Notes: generated by a model from the letters alone, not told the origin. A DNA stretch of 64,000 nucleotides from an uncultured Bacillota bacterium (GCA_963804645.1 CAWDRG010000005.1:64001-128000), one strand, 5' to 3'; counted from the stretch's first letter, positions 48,289 through 58,188 are shown. Numbers and translations: made by a program.

Positions 48289-49018
48289 GGTTTTTCGTGG
48301 AAGCCGCGCGCCCGCTCAGGATCGTCTCGATGAACAGCATCTGGTGCGGGTCGTCGACGTCGATCGCTCGCTCTGGCGGCACGATGTACGGGATCGGCCG
48401 CCGCCCGATCAAATTGGTCTGCGTTTTGAGCTCGCCGACCGTGTTGAAAATGATCGCAAAGTTGGCGCGGTACATTCGACGATGGTCGTTGTGCCGCGTC
48501 GACCGCCGGTAGTCTTCGGGGAACACTGGGTCGAGGCGGTTATCCTCCGCAATGTTCAGCGCCAGCTGGATAGGGTACTCGTAACTGGTCACGCTGACCA
48601 CGGGCGTCGCCCCGCCCTGCTCTCGGAACAGTTGATACGCTCCCTGGATGTCCTGCGCCGTCCGCAACGGGCACGTCGGAAACAAGACCCCAAGTACCGT
48701 GTCGTCGGACCACTCAAGCGCGCGGATCATCTCCTGGATGATCTCGATGATATACGTGGTGTCGCTCGCCAACTCGGGGGGCCGCAGATAGGTGTCGGCA
48801 CCGTACGAACGAGCCACGGCGAGTATCTCGTCATCCTCGGAATTCACGATGACTCCTTCGAACACACCGCTTTGCAGGGCCGTCTCGATAGTGTACGCGA
48901 TCAGGGGCTTGCCGTTGACCAAGATCAGGTTCTTGTGGGGGACCCGCTTCGACCCGCGTCTGGCGGGGATGAACGCGTGGACAGCCGCCTTCCCACCGCT
49001 GTCCCCACGAACCCCCAT
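48275..49018 (-). CDS. Acylneuraminate cytidylyltransferase (NeuA/KdsB) family protein
   Basis: IPARRGSKRVPHKN, GKPLI, RP.ELASD, PTCPLR, IDVD. ATG at 49018 follows AGGAGG. Confidence 0.92.
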   Translation of the reverse strand: MGVRGDSGGKAAVHAFIPARRGSKRVPHKNLILVNGKPLIAYTIETALQSGVFEGVIVNSEDDEILAVARSYGADTYLRPPELASDTTYIIEIIQEMIRALEWSDDTVLGVLFPTCPLRTAQDIQGAYQLFREQGGATPVVSVTSYEYPIQLALNIAEDNRLDPVFPEDYRRSTRHNDHRRMYRANFAIIFNTVGELKTQTNLIGRRPIPYIVPPERAIDVDDPHQMLFIETILSGRAASTKNHAGA

Positions 49019-49244
49019 CCTCGTCCTCCTGACGCGGTGTTCCTCCACTGACCCTCACGGGGTTATCGGACTCACCAACGGCGCCGCGCGCGCGCCGATC
49101 AGTCGCGGTGCCCGATATTCGACAGATAGTAAGGAAGCCCCTCCGCGCACGCCGCAGCGCGCGGTGCATCGGGGTCGACGACGACGCGACGCGCGGCAAC
49201 CGTGCATCCCGAGCGACGCGCGTATACCTGTGCACGCTGCTCGA

Positions 49245-50777
49245 TTACGGCCCACCGCGGACGGGTTCGGCGCGCCCGCGGCGGCCGATCCACCGCAGCA
49301 GATCGGCGCTGCTCCCCGTCACCCAAACGCCCGCTACAATCAACGGGGCGAGCACGATCAGAGTACCGAGCGCTACGGCTGCGGAGTGCACCAGGTCCGC
49401 TTCCCACCCAACCCGTTCACCCCCGGCACGACCAAACAGCCAGAGCACGCCGGCCGTCCAGCCGGAGGCGCACGCGGCCTGCAACAACACCTTCCACGAC
49501 GTCTTGATCCCCCAAATTTCCCGCCCGGCGGAAAACACCATATACACAAAATACAATGCGTAGCCGATGACTGTGCCCACCGCCACGTCGCGCAGCGTGA
49601 CGCGGCCGAGGACAAACCACATCAGGGCGATCGACCCGCCAGTCGCCAGCACCCCGAACAAGTTCGAGAGACCGTAGGAGACGAGACGCTTATCGGCGAG
49701 CCACAGCACGTAGATGTTGTTGTTGTTCGAGATGAAAAATGAACAGAGCAGCAGCACCAACAGGACCGGCACGCTGTCGCTGTACAGCGGCGTGATGTGG
49801 CGGATCAGAAACGGCGCCGCCGCCGCGACCGCCCAGGACACGAGCGGGATCGACACAAATAACTGAAACTGCATGAATCGCAGCATGTCTTTCCCGATCT
49901 TCTCCCGACCGACTCCCTCTCCATGCTGCATCAGCGTGCGCGTCGACAGCACGGTGCCCATGCGGGTCGTGACATCCGAAGCTTGGGAGTAGAAGCTTTT
50001 CGCGAGGGCGTACAGTGCGAGCGGCCCGAGCCCAAGCAGCCGGGAAACCCACAACACGTCGAGCGACAGAAAGAACACCTGCGGGTAGTCCGCCATCCGA
50101 AAGCCGATTCCGTACGACACCAGGCGCTTCCACATTCGCGTGTCGAACATCCACGCCGTCGTGAGCCCCGCCCGGTTGCCCGCAAGGTAACTCCAGAGCC
50201 CGCGACACAGCTCGGCCACAATCGCCGCCACCAGGAGTCCCGGCAGGCCGGCCGCGTACGCTCCCACAGGGAGCGCGACCGCATACAGGACCGTGGTCAC
50301 CAGCAGCACACGGCTGAGGGCGACATAGAGTTGGGCGCCCTGGAAGAACGTGATGTAGGCTTCCTGGACCTTGCCGAGGATGACCAGCACGCCTGTCACG
50401 ACGAGCGCCGCGACCTTCAGGCGGTCAAAGGTTGCCAGATGCCAGTAGGTGTACGCCCACAGCCCCACCGCCAGCACGGCCGCTTCCACGAGCGAGAACC
50501 AAAGCGCGACGGAGCGGCAGCTGACCTCTTCGGCGGGTTCGTTCCGCCCTTTCAGAATCGAAAGTTCCCGCAACGCCCCCGCCAGCGCGCCGAGCGTGAT
50601 CGGCTGCACATACCCGCGCGCGAGGACAACAAAGTTCCAGGTGCCCATCACCTCCGGGGGCAGCAGACGGCGCACGGCGAACCCGGAGAGAAACGTCACC
50701 ACCTGTGCGAGCACGTTCGTCCCGCTGTACGCGGCGGCGCTCTTCATGACGAGCCGGCGGGCCCGCGACGTCACCAT
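49245..50777 (-). CDS. wzx: Wzx-type oligosaccharide flippase (MOP superfamily)
   Basis: About 12-14 TM segments, RRLLPPEVMG, LG...LALY in the second half. Glycan-locus context. Confidence 0.8.
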   Translation of the reverse strand: MVTSRARRLVMKSAAAYSGTNVLAQVVTFLSGFAVRRLLPPEVMGTWNFVVLARGYVQPITLGALAGALRELSILKGRNEPAEEVSCRSVALWFSLVEAAVLAVGLWAYTYWHLATFDRLKVAALVVTGVLVILGKVQEAYITFFQGAQLYVALSRVLLVTTVLYAVALPVGAYAAGLPGLLVAAIVAELCRGLWSYLAGNRAGLTTAWMFDTRMWKRLVSYGIGFRMADYPQVFFLSLDVLWVSRLLGLGPLALYALAKSFYSQASDVTTRMGTVLSTRTLMQHGEGVGREKIGKDMLRFMQFQLFVSIPLVSWAVAAAAPFLIRHITPLYSDSVPVLLVLLLCSFFISNNNNIYVLWLADKRLVSYGLSNLFGVLATGGSIALMWFVLGRVTLRDVAVGTVIGYALYFVYMVFSAGREIWGIKTSWKVLLQAACASGWTAGVLWLFGRAGGERVGWEADLVHSAAVALGTLIVLAPLIVAGVWVTGSSADLLRWIGRRGRAEPVRGGP

Positions 50778-50853
50778 GGTCGTGCCGGCGGCACAACGCG
50801 CCAATAAGCGGCGAACGAAGTACGCGGAGAACGGCGGGGCAGCGCGCGCACGC

Positions 50854-51297
50854 CTACCCCGGAGACCACGGGGCGGGCATCGTCGCGTCAAACGGGTCGA
50901 GGCGTTCCACCTCGCCCGCATCGTATGGTAGGTCTGTGCAGTTCGCTACGAGGGCGTGCCGGTCTCCGAGCGCCTGGAAGCCGTACCAGATGCCGGGCGG
51001 GATCTGGATCAGCAGATACGCGGCTTCGCCCACCTCCAGCACCTGGGTCACCCCTCGCGTGGCCGAATCGGCCCGCGTGTCGTGAAGGCAGAATCGCACC
51101 GTGCCGATCGGCACCGTTAGCTGCTGCACGATCCGGCGGTGCCGCCGCCATGCTTTCACGGCGCCCGGGTTCGTCAGCGAAAAATACACCTCGCCGAACC
51201 CCCGGAACAGCGGGGAATCCGACCGAAGCATGTGCATGATTTTGCCGCGGGCGTCGGCGATCTGCGTGAGTGGTTGGACCACGACGTCGTGAATCAC
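50854..51297 (-). CDS. NDP-4-keto-6-deoxyhexose 3,5-epimerase-like cupin (RmlC family)
   Basis: DARG, FGEVYFS, KAWRRH, IPPGIWYGF. GTGA overlap with rfbG. Confidence 0.88.
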   Translation of the reverse strand: MIHDVVVQPLTQIADARGKIMHMLRSDSPLFRGFGEVYFSLTNPGAVKAWRRHRRIVQQLTVPIGTVRFCLHDTRADSATRGVTQVLEVGEAAYLLIQIPPGIWYGFQALGDRHALVANCTDLPYDAGEVERLDPFDATMPAPWSPG

Positions 51298-52412
51298 GCG
51301 GCGTCTCCCGCCCCGGCCCACGGAAGGCGGCGCGCCGCGCAATCGGCGGTGTAGCGCGCGATCTGGACGCGCGACACCTCAAACGCCTCATGCGGCCTGG
51401 CATAGTACGTCCGGTACCACTCCACGGTAAACCGTGCGATCTCCTCGAGCGTCAGCACCGTCCGCCACCCGAGCATGTGAAGCGCCTTGTCGCAGGCGAG
51501 TTGCAGGAGGACGTCTTCGCCAACGTTGACCGCCGCGGAATCGATTTCCCAGGCGGCGCCCTCCCACTGACGGCTGATCGTGTCGATCAGTTCGGACACG
51601 GACGCGCTGGCCGGAGGCCCAAAATTGAACGCCTCACCGTGAAAACTCGGCGACGCAAGCAGCGTCGCCCCAAGCCACAGGTAACCGCTCAACGGTTCGA
51701 GCACATGTTGCCACGGCCGCGTGGCGCGCGGGCTGCGAATCCGCGCGACCCGTCCGCCCGACCATGCGCGCACGCAGTCGGGGACGATGCGATCCTGCGC
51801 CCAATCGCCGCCGCCGAGCACGTTGCCCGCACGGGCAGTGGCCAACCGCACACGCCGGCCCGCGAGCAGCGACCGGGCGTAGGCGTGACAGGCCAATTCT
51901 GCGCACGCCTTGGACGCACTGTACGGACTCTGGCCTCCGAGCCGATCGGTCTCGCGATATCCCCAGGGCCACCCCATGTTCTCATAGCACTTGTCGCTCG
52001 TGACGATGACCGCCGCCGCGACCGCGTCGGACTCCCGGAGACATTCCAACATGTTCACGGTCCCCCCGACGTTCGTCTCAAACGTCGTTATGGGATCCTC
52101 GAGCGACCGCCGCACGAGCGGTTGGGCCGCGAGATGGAACACGACCTCGGGGCGGTGCTCCGCGAACACCGCGCGGAGGTGCTTCAGGTCGCGGATATCT
52201 CCGGTCACGTCGACAACCCGGCTCGCGAGCCCGCACGCGTCAAAGTGACTGGGGACGGACGGCTGATACGCGGAGTAGCCGACGACGCGGGCCCCCAACT
52301 CGAGCAACCACGTCGCCAGCCACGAGCCCTTGAAGCCCGTGTGTCCGGTGATCAGGACTGTCTTGCCGCGGTATGCGCCGCCGAACGTGGTCGCGGCCGC
52401 GACCGACCCCAT
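51294..52412 (-). CDS. rfbG: CDP-glucose 4,6-dehydratase
   Basis: TGHTGFKGSWL, HLAAQPLV, TSDKCY, YSASK, RAGNV.GGGDW, RPWQHVLEPL. Confidence 0.95.
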   Translation of the reverse strand: MGSVAAATTFGGAYRGKTVLITGHTGFKGSWLATWLLELGARVVGYSAYQPSVPSHFDACGLASRVVDVTGDIRDLKHLRAVFAEHRPEVVFHLAAQPLVRRSLEDPITTFETNVGGTVNMLECLRESDAVAAAVIVTSDKCYENMGWPWGYRETDRLGGQSPYSASKACAELACHAYARSLLAGRRVRLATARAGNVLGGGDWAQDRIVPDCVRAWSGGRVARIRSPRATRPWQHVLEPLSGYLWLGATLLASPSFHGEAFNFGPPASASVSELIDTISRQWEGAAWEIDSAAVNVGEDVLLQLACDKALHMLGWRTVLTLEEIARFTVEWYRTYYARPHEAFEVSRVQIARYTADCAARRLPWAGAGDAA

Positions 52413-52414
52413 GC

Positions 52415-53212
52415 TCAGCGTCGCGGCAGCGTGGCCGATCGCGACGCCGCCCGCGCCCACGGCGCGTTGCCCGTGGCCCACAGCTTCTCCAGCACCTGCT
52501 TGTCCCGCATCGTATCCATGCACTGCCAGAACCCGTCGTGCTGGAACGCCATCAACTGCCCCTCCCGGGCCAACGTCTCAAGGGGCGTCCCCTCAAGCAC
52601 GGTATCATCCCCATGCAGGTAGTCGAACACGCGCGGTTCAAAGACGAAAAAGCCGCCGTTGATCGCGCCCTCGCCGACCTGCGGCTTCTCTTTGAAGCTC
52701 GCGACCCGCGTGCCATCCAGCACGATTTCCCCGAACCGCGCGACGGGGCGCACCGACGTCACCGTGGCGATCTTCTTGTGCGCCCGGTGAAACTCTAGCA
52801 GCCGTCCGATGTCGACGTCGCTGACGCCGTCTCCGTACGTGAGCATGAACGTCTCGCCGCCCACCACGTCTCGGAGCCGGGCGAGCCGTCCGCCGGTCTG
52901 CACGTGCAGACCTGTGTCCACCAACCGAACGGTCCAGTCGCTGGGCGTGCTGCGGATCGCGCGGACGCTGCCAGTCTTCAGGTCGATCTGAAGGTCACTC
53001 TGATCGTGGTAGTAGTTGAGGAAGTAGTGCTTGATGACCTCACCTTTGTAGCCGAGCGCCACGACAAACTCGCGAAACCCGTGGAAGGCGTAGAGGTTCA
53101 TGATGTGCCACAGCATCGGCTTGTGGCCGATCTCCACCATCGGCTTCGGCAGCACGGTCGTTTCCTCGCTCAACCGAGTGCCGTATCCGCCCGCCAGAAT
53201 CACGACCTGCAA
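52415..53212 (-). CDS. rfbF: Glucose-1-phosphate cytidylyltransferase
   Basis: ILAGGYGTRLSEET, PKPMVEIG, TYGDG, INGGFF, GFWQCMDT.RD. Probable TTG start at 53212 (track gives 53245). Confidence 0.95.
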   Translation of the reverse strand: MQVVILAGGYGTRLSEETTVLPKPMVEIGHKPMLWHIMNLYAFHGFREFVVALGYKGEVIKHYFLNYYHDQSDLQIDLKTGSVRAIRSTPSDWTVRLVDTGLHVQTGGRLARLRDVVGGETFMLTYGDGVSDVDIGRLLEFHRAHKKIATVTSVRPVARFGEIVLDGTRVASFKEKPQVGEGAINGGFFVFEPRVFDYLHGDDTVLEGTPLETLAREGQLMAFQHDGFWQCMDTMRDKQVLEKLWATGNAPWARAASRSATLPRR

Positions 53213-53310
53213 TCGGATAGCCCCCTCGCCCGCAGCGCTCACCAACCGACAGCATATTCTCCGCCCATCGAAACAGCGCCTCTAAGCGACGGCCGCGGCC
53301 CCGCACCCCC

Positions 53311-55350
53311 TTAGGGACCACCGCCCTCAACCCGTGATCGGGCGGCGCGGCCGAGCTGTTCGAGCGCAGCGAGCGCCCGCGCCGCGCTTGCCCCGTCGTC
53401 CCGAAACAACCCGTAGGCGAGCAGAAACTCCTGATTGGGAGTCGCAACCTCGGCAAACTCCTTCGACTGCAACCGCGCCCGCACCCGAGCGCAAAAGGCG
53501 TCGGGATCCGTCGTCACGTCGGCCCGCTTACGCAGCAGCTCCCGGGCCTCGGGCAGCAGACCGTTGTGACGCCGGTCGGCCAGAATGACGATGGGCTTGG
53601 GCGTCAGCAGCGCCTCCAGCAATCCTGTCGAGGGCATATCGATGACGTGAAGGTCGGACGCCCACAGCAGTTCCGGCAGCGGGACGCGGGTCACGACCGT
53701 ACAGTTCGGGCACCGATCGGCGATCAACCGGATGATCGGATCGGGCTCGAGCATGGGGAACGCCTTATAGATGAAGCGGACCTCGGGAAACTCGCGCATG
53801 AGCTCGACCATCCGCGCCTGCAGCTGAAAATACGGCACGTTCCCGTTGTCTCCACATCCGAGATACCGCCGATACCGCATATACATCGTCGGCACATAGA
53901 CCACCGCGGGCTGTCCCGCGGCCACGCCCAGGCGCCGCCGAAGCGCCGCGACCCGTGGCGCGGAGGGCCCAACGCGAAGACGGTCGAGCCGCGCGGACCC
54001 CACGCTCCGCACCTGCGCGCGTGCGCCGGGATACCGAAACCCGGGGTGTTGATAGTACGCCTCAACACCGGGGCCGTACACGAATCGGTGATCGGAGGCC
54101 CGCAGATCAGTCATCTCGTGCAGCGCGAACGCACAGCTGCCTTCAAACCCCCCATGCTGGTACGTGACGATCGGCACGCCGAGCACGCGGCCGGCGTGCA
54201 GCACGCCGTGATCCACCGCGCTGTAGGGCGAGGACACCAACAGCGCGACCGGCCGGCGCGTGCGAAGGCCGGCGTGCGCACCCGTGAACGCGTTCCATCC
54301 GATGGGAATGACGTGCTGACACCAGTGCCGGAGGCGGGGCTCGGCCACCGGCCACAGGTCCACCCCGACCCACTGAAAGGGACGGCGAATCGCCGGTTCG
54401 GACGCGACCCGCTCCCAGCATCCGGACAACGACGCCGACAGCTCGGGGGGTGCCGGTTCGTCCGCCCGCTGCGCTGAGACCACCTCTGCGAATTCTCGGC
54501 ACTGCCATCCCTGCCGCAGCGCAAACCGCGCCACGAGGGACACGTCGAAGCCCTGCTTGAACACGAGTAAAGAGGCGGTCTTGGCACGGGTCAGGCGACG
54601 CAGCAGACCGGCCGGCCCGAGGGACCGGACGATGCGGAGGCCCGCTTTCTGCCGAGACGACAGCATGCGAACGCCCCGCTGGCGCAGCCCGGTCCCGGAC
54701 GCCGAGCCCCGTTGCGCCGGCTCAGCCGGCAGGCGGGTGAGCGGAATCCCGTAGGCGCCCGCGCACGCCGGAAGAATCGCCGCGTGCACCGAGCGATGAT
54801 CGAAGAACAGCTCCGGCCCAAAGCGGTCGGTCGAGACGTCCTCGATGTACACGACCTCGCGAGGTTGCGCGCCCACAAAGAAGTGGACCAACGCGTAGGC
54901 ACACATCAGCATTTCGTCGCTGAGAATCTTGAGGAAGAATCCGTGCATGCGTGCGGGCTTGAACCCGGCCTCGCCAAACACCGGTACGGACTCGGCCAGC
55001 AGCGCGTCCACCGAGTCCAGCCAGCTCATCTGCAGCGCGAGCACCGGCTCGATGAGTCGGCGAAACACCGCTTCGTCGAAAAACTCCTCCAGCACGACGT
55101 AGGGATGTCCGTCCCGAACACACTGATAGGCAGCCTCGGGGGTCACGGCCACGAGGATGTTTACCCGATGCTGCAGCGACGGTTCCGACAACACGCGTCG
55201 GACATCGTCGGCGCGCACGCAGACCGCGTAGACGGCGTCCCGCGGGAGATCACCGCGCCGGCCAGCATCGGATGCGCCGATGCGCCCGTGCGGCAGGATG
55301 TCGCCGACTACGCCGTTGGGCGCACCCGACGGGCCGGTCGAACCCGTCAC
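53311..55350 (-). CDS. Surface-carbohydrate biosynthesis protein, putative nonulosonate transferase
   Basis: YQHGG, FVYG, GSAR, YKAFP, STGLLEA, DGASA.R (GT-B-like C-terminal half). Directly downstream of pseI and pseH-G. Confidence 0.6.
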   Translation of the reverse strand: MTGSTGPSGAPNGVVGDILPHGRIGASDAGRRGDLPRDAVYAVCVRADDVRRVLSEPSLQHRVNILVAVTPEAAYQCVRDGHPYVVLEEFFDEAVFRRLIEPVLALQMSWLDSVDALLAESVPVFGEAGFKPARMHGFFLKILSDEMLMCAYALVHFFVGAQPREVVYIEDVSTDRFGPELFFDHRSVHAAILPACAGAYGIPLTRLPAEPAQRGSASGTGLRQRGVRMLSSRQKAGLRIVRSLGPAGLLRRLTRAKTASLLVFKQGFDVSLVARFALRQGWQCREFAEVVSAQRADEPAPPELSASLSGCWERVASEPAIRRPFQWVGVDLWPVAEPRLRHWCQHVIPIGWNAFTGAHAGLRTRRPVALLVSSPYSAVDHGVLHAGRVLGVPIVTYQHGGFEGSCAFALHEMTDLRASDHRFVYGPGVEAYYQHPGFRYPGARAQVRSVGSARLDRLRVGPSAPRVAALRRRLGVAAGQPAVVYVPTMYMRYRRYLGCGDNGNVPYFQLQARMVELMREFPEVRFIYKAFPMLEPDPIIRLIADRCPNCTVVTRVPLPELLWASDLHVIDMPSTGLLEALLTPKPIVILADRRHNGLLPEARELLRKRADVTTDPDAFCARVRARLQSKEFAEVATPNQEFLLAYGLFRDDGASAARALAALEQLGRAARSRVEGGGP

Positions 55351-56927
55351 GGAGCGCCCGCCCTCTTCGCGGACGGGCGCAGGGAGATCAGCACCTCGGC
55401 GACGCGCTCGGCCCCGCAGCCGTCGACCAGTCTGCGCCCGGCGGCCGCCATCGCGGCACGGAGGTCCGGCCGCGGCAGCAGCTCGACAAGAACGTCGCTA
55501 ACCTGGGCGCGAAGCGACGCGTCGTTAGCGCCGCTCACCGCGCGGACCACTCCTGCGTCCGCCATTGCGCGCACGCTCGCGATCTGATTGTCAGCCGCGG
55601 CGACGGCGACCGTCGGAGTTCCCGCCGCGGCAAGCTCGTACATCGTCTGCCCGCCCGCAGAGAGCGCGAGGTCAGCTTCCACCATGAGCTCGCGTACCGA
55701 GGGGGGATCCCGCACCAGTCGGACCGGCCTGGCGCAGCGCGCTGCGGCGGCGTCGACGACCTCCGGATGGGCGAACATTGGCGCGGTGATCGCCGTCACC
55801 ACGCACTGTTCCGGGAGCAGACCCGCCGCCTCGAGCAGAATCGAGAGCAGCCCGCGCGGGTCCGCGCCACCGACCGCGATCAGCACGTTCTGCACCTCTG
55901 GCCGCGGCGCGCGGACAGGCACGTTCCGAAACTCCGGCCGGAGCATGACGTACCGGGGCCCAAGGAGGAACCGGGCGTCGCCCAGGGATCGATACGGCAG
56001 CGTCTCGGCGTGCGCGCCACCGTTGACGACGAGTTGGCACGGAAACGGGTACGCCGCAAGGTCGTCGATCGCCGCGACGACACCGCCGCTGTCACGCAAA
56101 CGCGCCAGGTACTCCGTATCGACGTGATACGAGTCCACGAGGATGTGGGTGGCTCCAACGTGCACCGCGCTGTCGAGCGTGCGGGCGACGTCGTCGGGAC
56201 TGCCGGGGCGCGCCTGCTCCAGCGGTGCGAAGTCAAACCCAAGGGCGGCAATCCTGCGCTCCGCCTCCGGATGGCTGTCGGCGAGGAACGTCGAGGCGAT
56301 GCCGTCGCCCCGCAGCGCCAGCGCGAGCGAGAGACACCGCTGCAGATGCCCCAACCCGCTCGTCGCGGTCGCGTCGACGCGAAACAGGACCGCGCGTGAT
56401 GCCCTCGGCGCCGCGTCCGCGCGGCCCCAGTCGGAATCCCGGCGCCGGCGATACACAAGCACCCAGGCCTCGACGCCGGCGATCTGCGCGGTGCCGTCCA
56501 GCACGAACCCGGCCCGCTCGAACGTCGCGCGAGATCTGGGGTTGTCGGTCTTCACGTGCGCGACGACGCGCCGCACGGGTCCCGTCAGCACCAGGTCCGA
56601 GGCGATGCCAATCGCCACGGTGCCGTAGCCGCGCCCACGCTCCAGCGCATCGACGCCCACGCTGATCTCGGCGCGGTCGTCGTCGAGCGTGAACCGCACG
56701 TAGCCGACGGCCCGGCCATGAGCCAGGATCACGAACATCCGACGCCGCGGGTCGGCCACGGCGCGCGAGAACCAGTCGCGATGCTCTTCGAAGGGGATCT
56801 CGCGCGTCGTGAACGACGCGCCACGCGCCTCGGGGTCGTTCCGCCACTCCCATACCCGCCTGACGTCCTCGAGCGTCGCGGGCCGGACCGCGACCGGACC
56901 GCGCGCCGCGTCCGGCCGTTCAGTCAT
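55347..56927 (-). CDS. pseG: PseH-like GNAT N-acetyltransferase fused to PseG-like UDP-sugar hydrolase
   Basis: N-terminal WEWRNDP..R, GYVRF, RGRGYG, N.RS...F. C-terminal FRVDA...GLGHLQRC, VDSY, IDD, GGAD, SAGGQTMYEL, ADNQ, VDGCGA.R. Confidence 0.88.
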   Translation of the reverse strand: MTERPDAARGPVAVRPATLEDVRRVWEWRNDPEARGASFTTREIPFEEHRDWFSRAVADPRRRMFVILAHGRAVGYVRFTLDDDRAEISVGVDALERGRGYGTVAIGIASDLVLTGPVRRVVAHVKTDNPRSRATFERAGFVLDGTAQIAGVEAWVLVYRRRRDSDWGRADAAPRASRAVLFRVDATATSGLGHLQRCLSLALALRGDGIASTFLADSHPEAERRIAALGFDFAPLEQARPGSPDDVARTLDSAVHVGATHILVDSYHVDTEYLARLRDSGGVVAAIDDLAAYPFPCQLVVNGGAHAETLPYRSLGDARFLLGPRYVMLRPEFRNVPVRAPRPEVQNVLIAVGGADPRGLLSILLEAAGLLPEQCVVTAITAPMFAHPEVVDAAAARCARPVRLVRDPPSVRELMVEADLALSAGGQTMYELAAAGTPTVAVAAADNQIASVRAMADAGVVRAVSGANDASLRAQVSDVLVELLPRPDLRAAMAAAGRRLVDGCGAERVAEVLISLRPSAKRAGAP

Positions 56928-57969
56928 AGTCGTCCGATGTGATCGCCCGCTCCTGCGGAATATCCCGCCGTGCGCGCCTCCCGAGGATCTCGTCAAACTG
57001 CTTTGGTGGCAGTCCCGCCGGAAGCTTTCCGCAGCGCAGGACCGCGATGTTATCGCGGGTCAGCGCGTCGCCGCGCGCGATCTCGCGCACGGCGAAAATG
57101 CTCCGCCGGGCGAACAGCCGGAGTTCCTCCTCGACCGGGTGCACGACCTTCCGGCCGTCGCCGAGCGCGCGCTCCGTCTCTCGGATCTTCTGGACCATCA
57201 GACGCAGCTCCGCGGGCTCGACAGCGAATCGGTGGTCGACCCCAGGCAGCTCGTTGCTGAGCGTAAAGTGCTTCTCGATGAGGTTCGCACCCACCGCCAC
57301 GGCGGCAAGCGGCCCCACCAGCGGCTCGCGAGAATGATCCGAGAGCCCGACGGGAACTTCGAACGCCGCCTTCATCGCAGGAATGGTGCGCACGTTCAGC
57401 GACTCGAGCGGCGCCGGATACGCGGCGGTGCACTGCATCAAGATCAGCCCGTGGTGCCGCGCCGACCGCACGGCATCGACGGTCTCGGCGACCTCCTCCA
57501 GCGTGGCGGCACCGGTCGAGACGATCACCGGCTTGCCCGCGCGCAGCAGGTATCGGATCAACGGCACGTGCGTCAGCTCATACGACGCGATCTTGAACGC
57601 ATCCACAAACGGTGCCAACCGGTCGGCCGATTCCTCGTCAAAGACCGACGCCATGAACAGCATGCCGTGCTCGTGGCAGCGGGCCGCGAGCGCGGGCACC
57701 CACGCATACGGCATCTCCATCTCGGAGATGATGTCGTAGATCGAGCGTCCGACCTTGAGATAATCGCTCATGCCGGCGTGCTTCGGATACAGGCGCTCCG
57801 CGCGGAACACCTGGAACTTGACCGCGTCGACCCCTGCGGCGGCGGCGACGTCGATCAACCGAATCGCCTGAGGCTCGAGCCCGTTGTGATTGCTCCCGGC
57901 CTCCGCGATGAGGAAACAGGGGGCTCCATCGCCGATCGTCCGGTCGCTGATCCGGACCGGTGGAATCAT
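56920..57969 (-). CDS. pseI: NeuB-family nonulosonic acid synthase (PseI-like)
   Basis: IAEAGSNHNG, VKFQ, KIASYE, STG, CTAAYPA, GLSDHS, EKHFT, C-terminal SAF domain. Product identity is inferred from pseB/C/G/H context. Confidence 0.9.
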   Translation of the reverse strand: MIPPVRISDRTIGDGAPCFLIAEAGSNHNGLEPQAIRLIDVAAAAGVDAVKFQVFRAERLYPKHAGMSDYLKVGRSIYDIISEMEMPYAWVPALAARCHEHGMLFMASVFDEESADRLAPFVDAFKIASYELTHVPLIRYLLRAGKPVIVSTGAATLEEVAETVDAVRSARHHGLILMQCTAAYPAPLESLNVRTIPAMKAAFEVPVGLSDHSREPLVGPLAAVAVGANLIEKHFTLSNELPGVDHRFAVEPAELRLMVQKIRETERALGDGRKVVHPVEEELRLFARRSIFAVREIARGDALTRDNIAVLRCGKLPAGLPPKQFDEILGRRARRDIPQERAITSDDYD

Positions 57970-58188
57970 GCTAGCCTCCCGCACCGAGCCGCTCGGAGGG
58001 GCGCGGAATCGGCCGCCCGCACGGCGCGCGCCATCGGCGATGTTTGGGGACCCGCACCGACCGCGATCGTCCGCCCATCACGTCTCCCTCTCCGGATTCG
58101 CATCGAGGCGAGCACACTACGACGCCGCCCACGGACGCTTCGTCGAGGTGCTGCGATGCCCCTGGGGACAGTCGGGCCGCCGACGACG

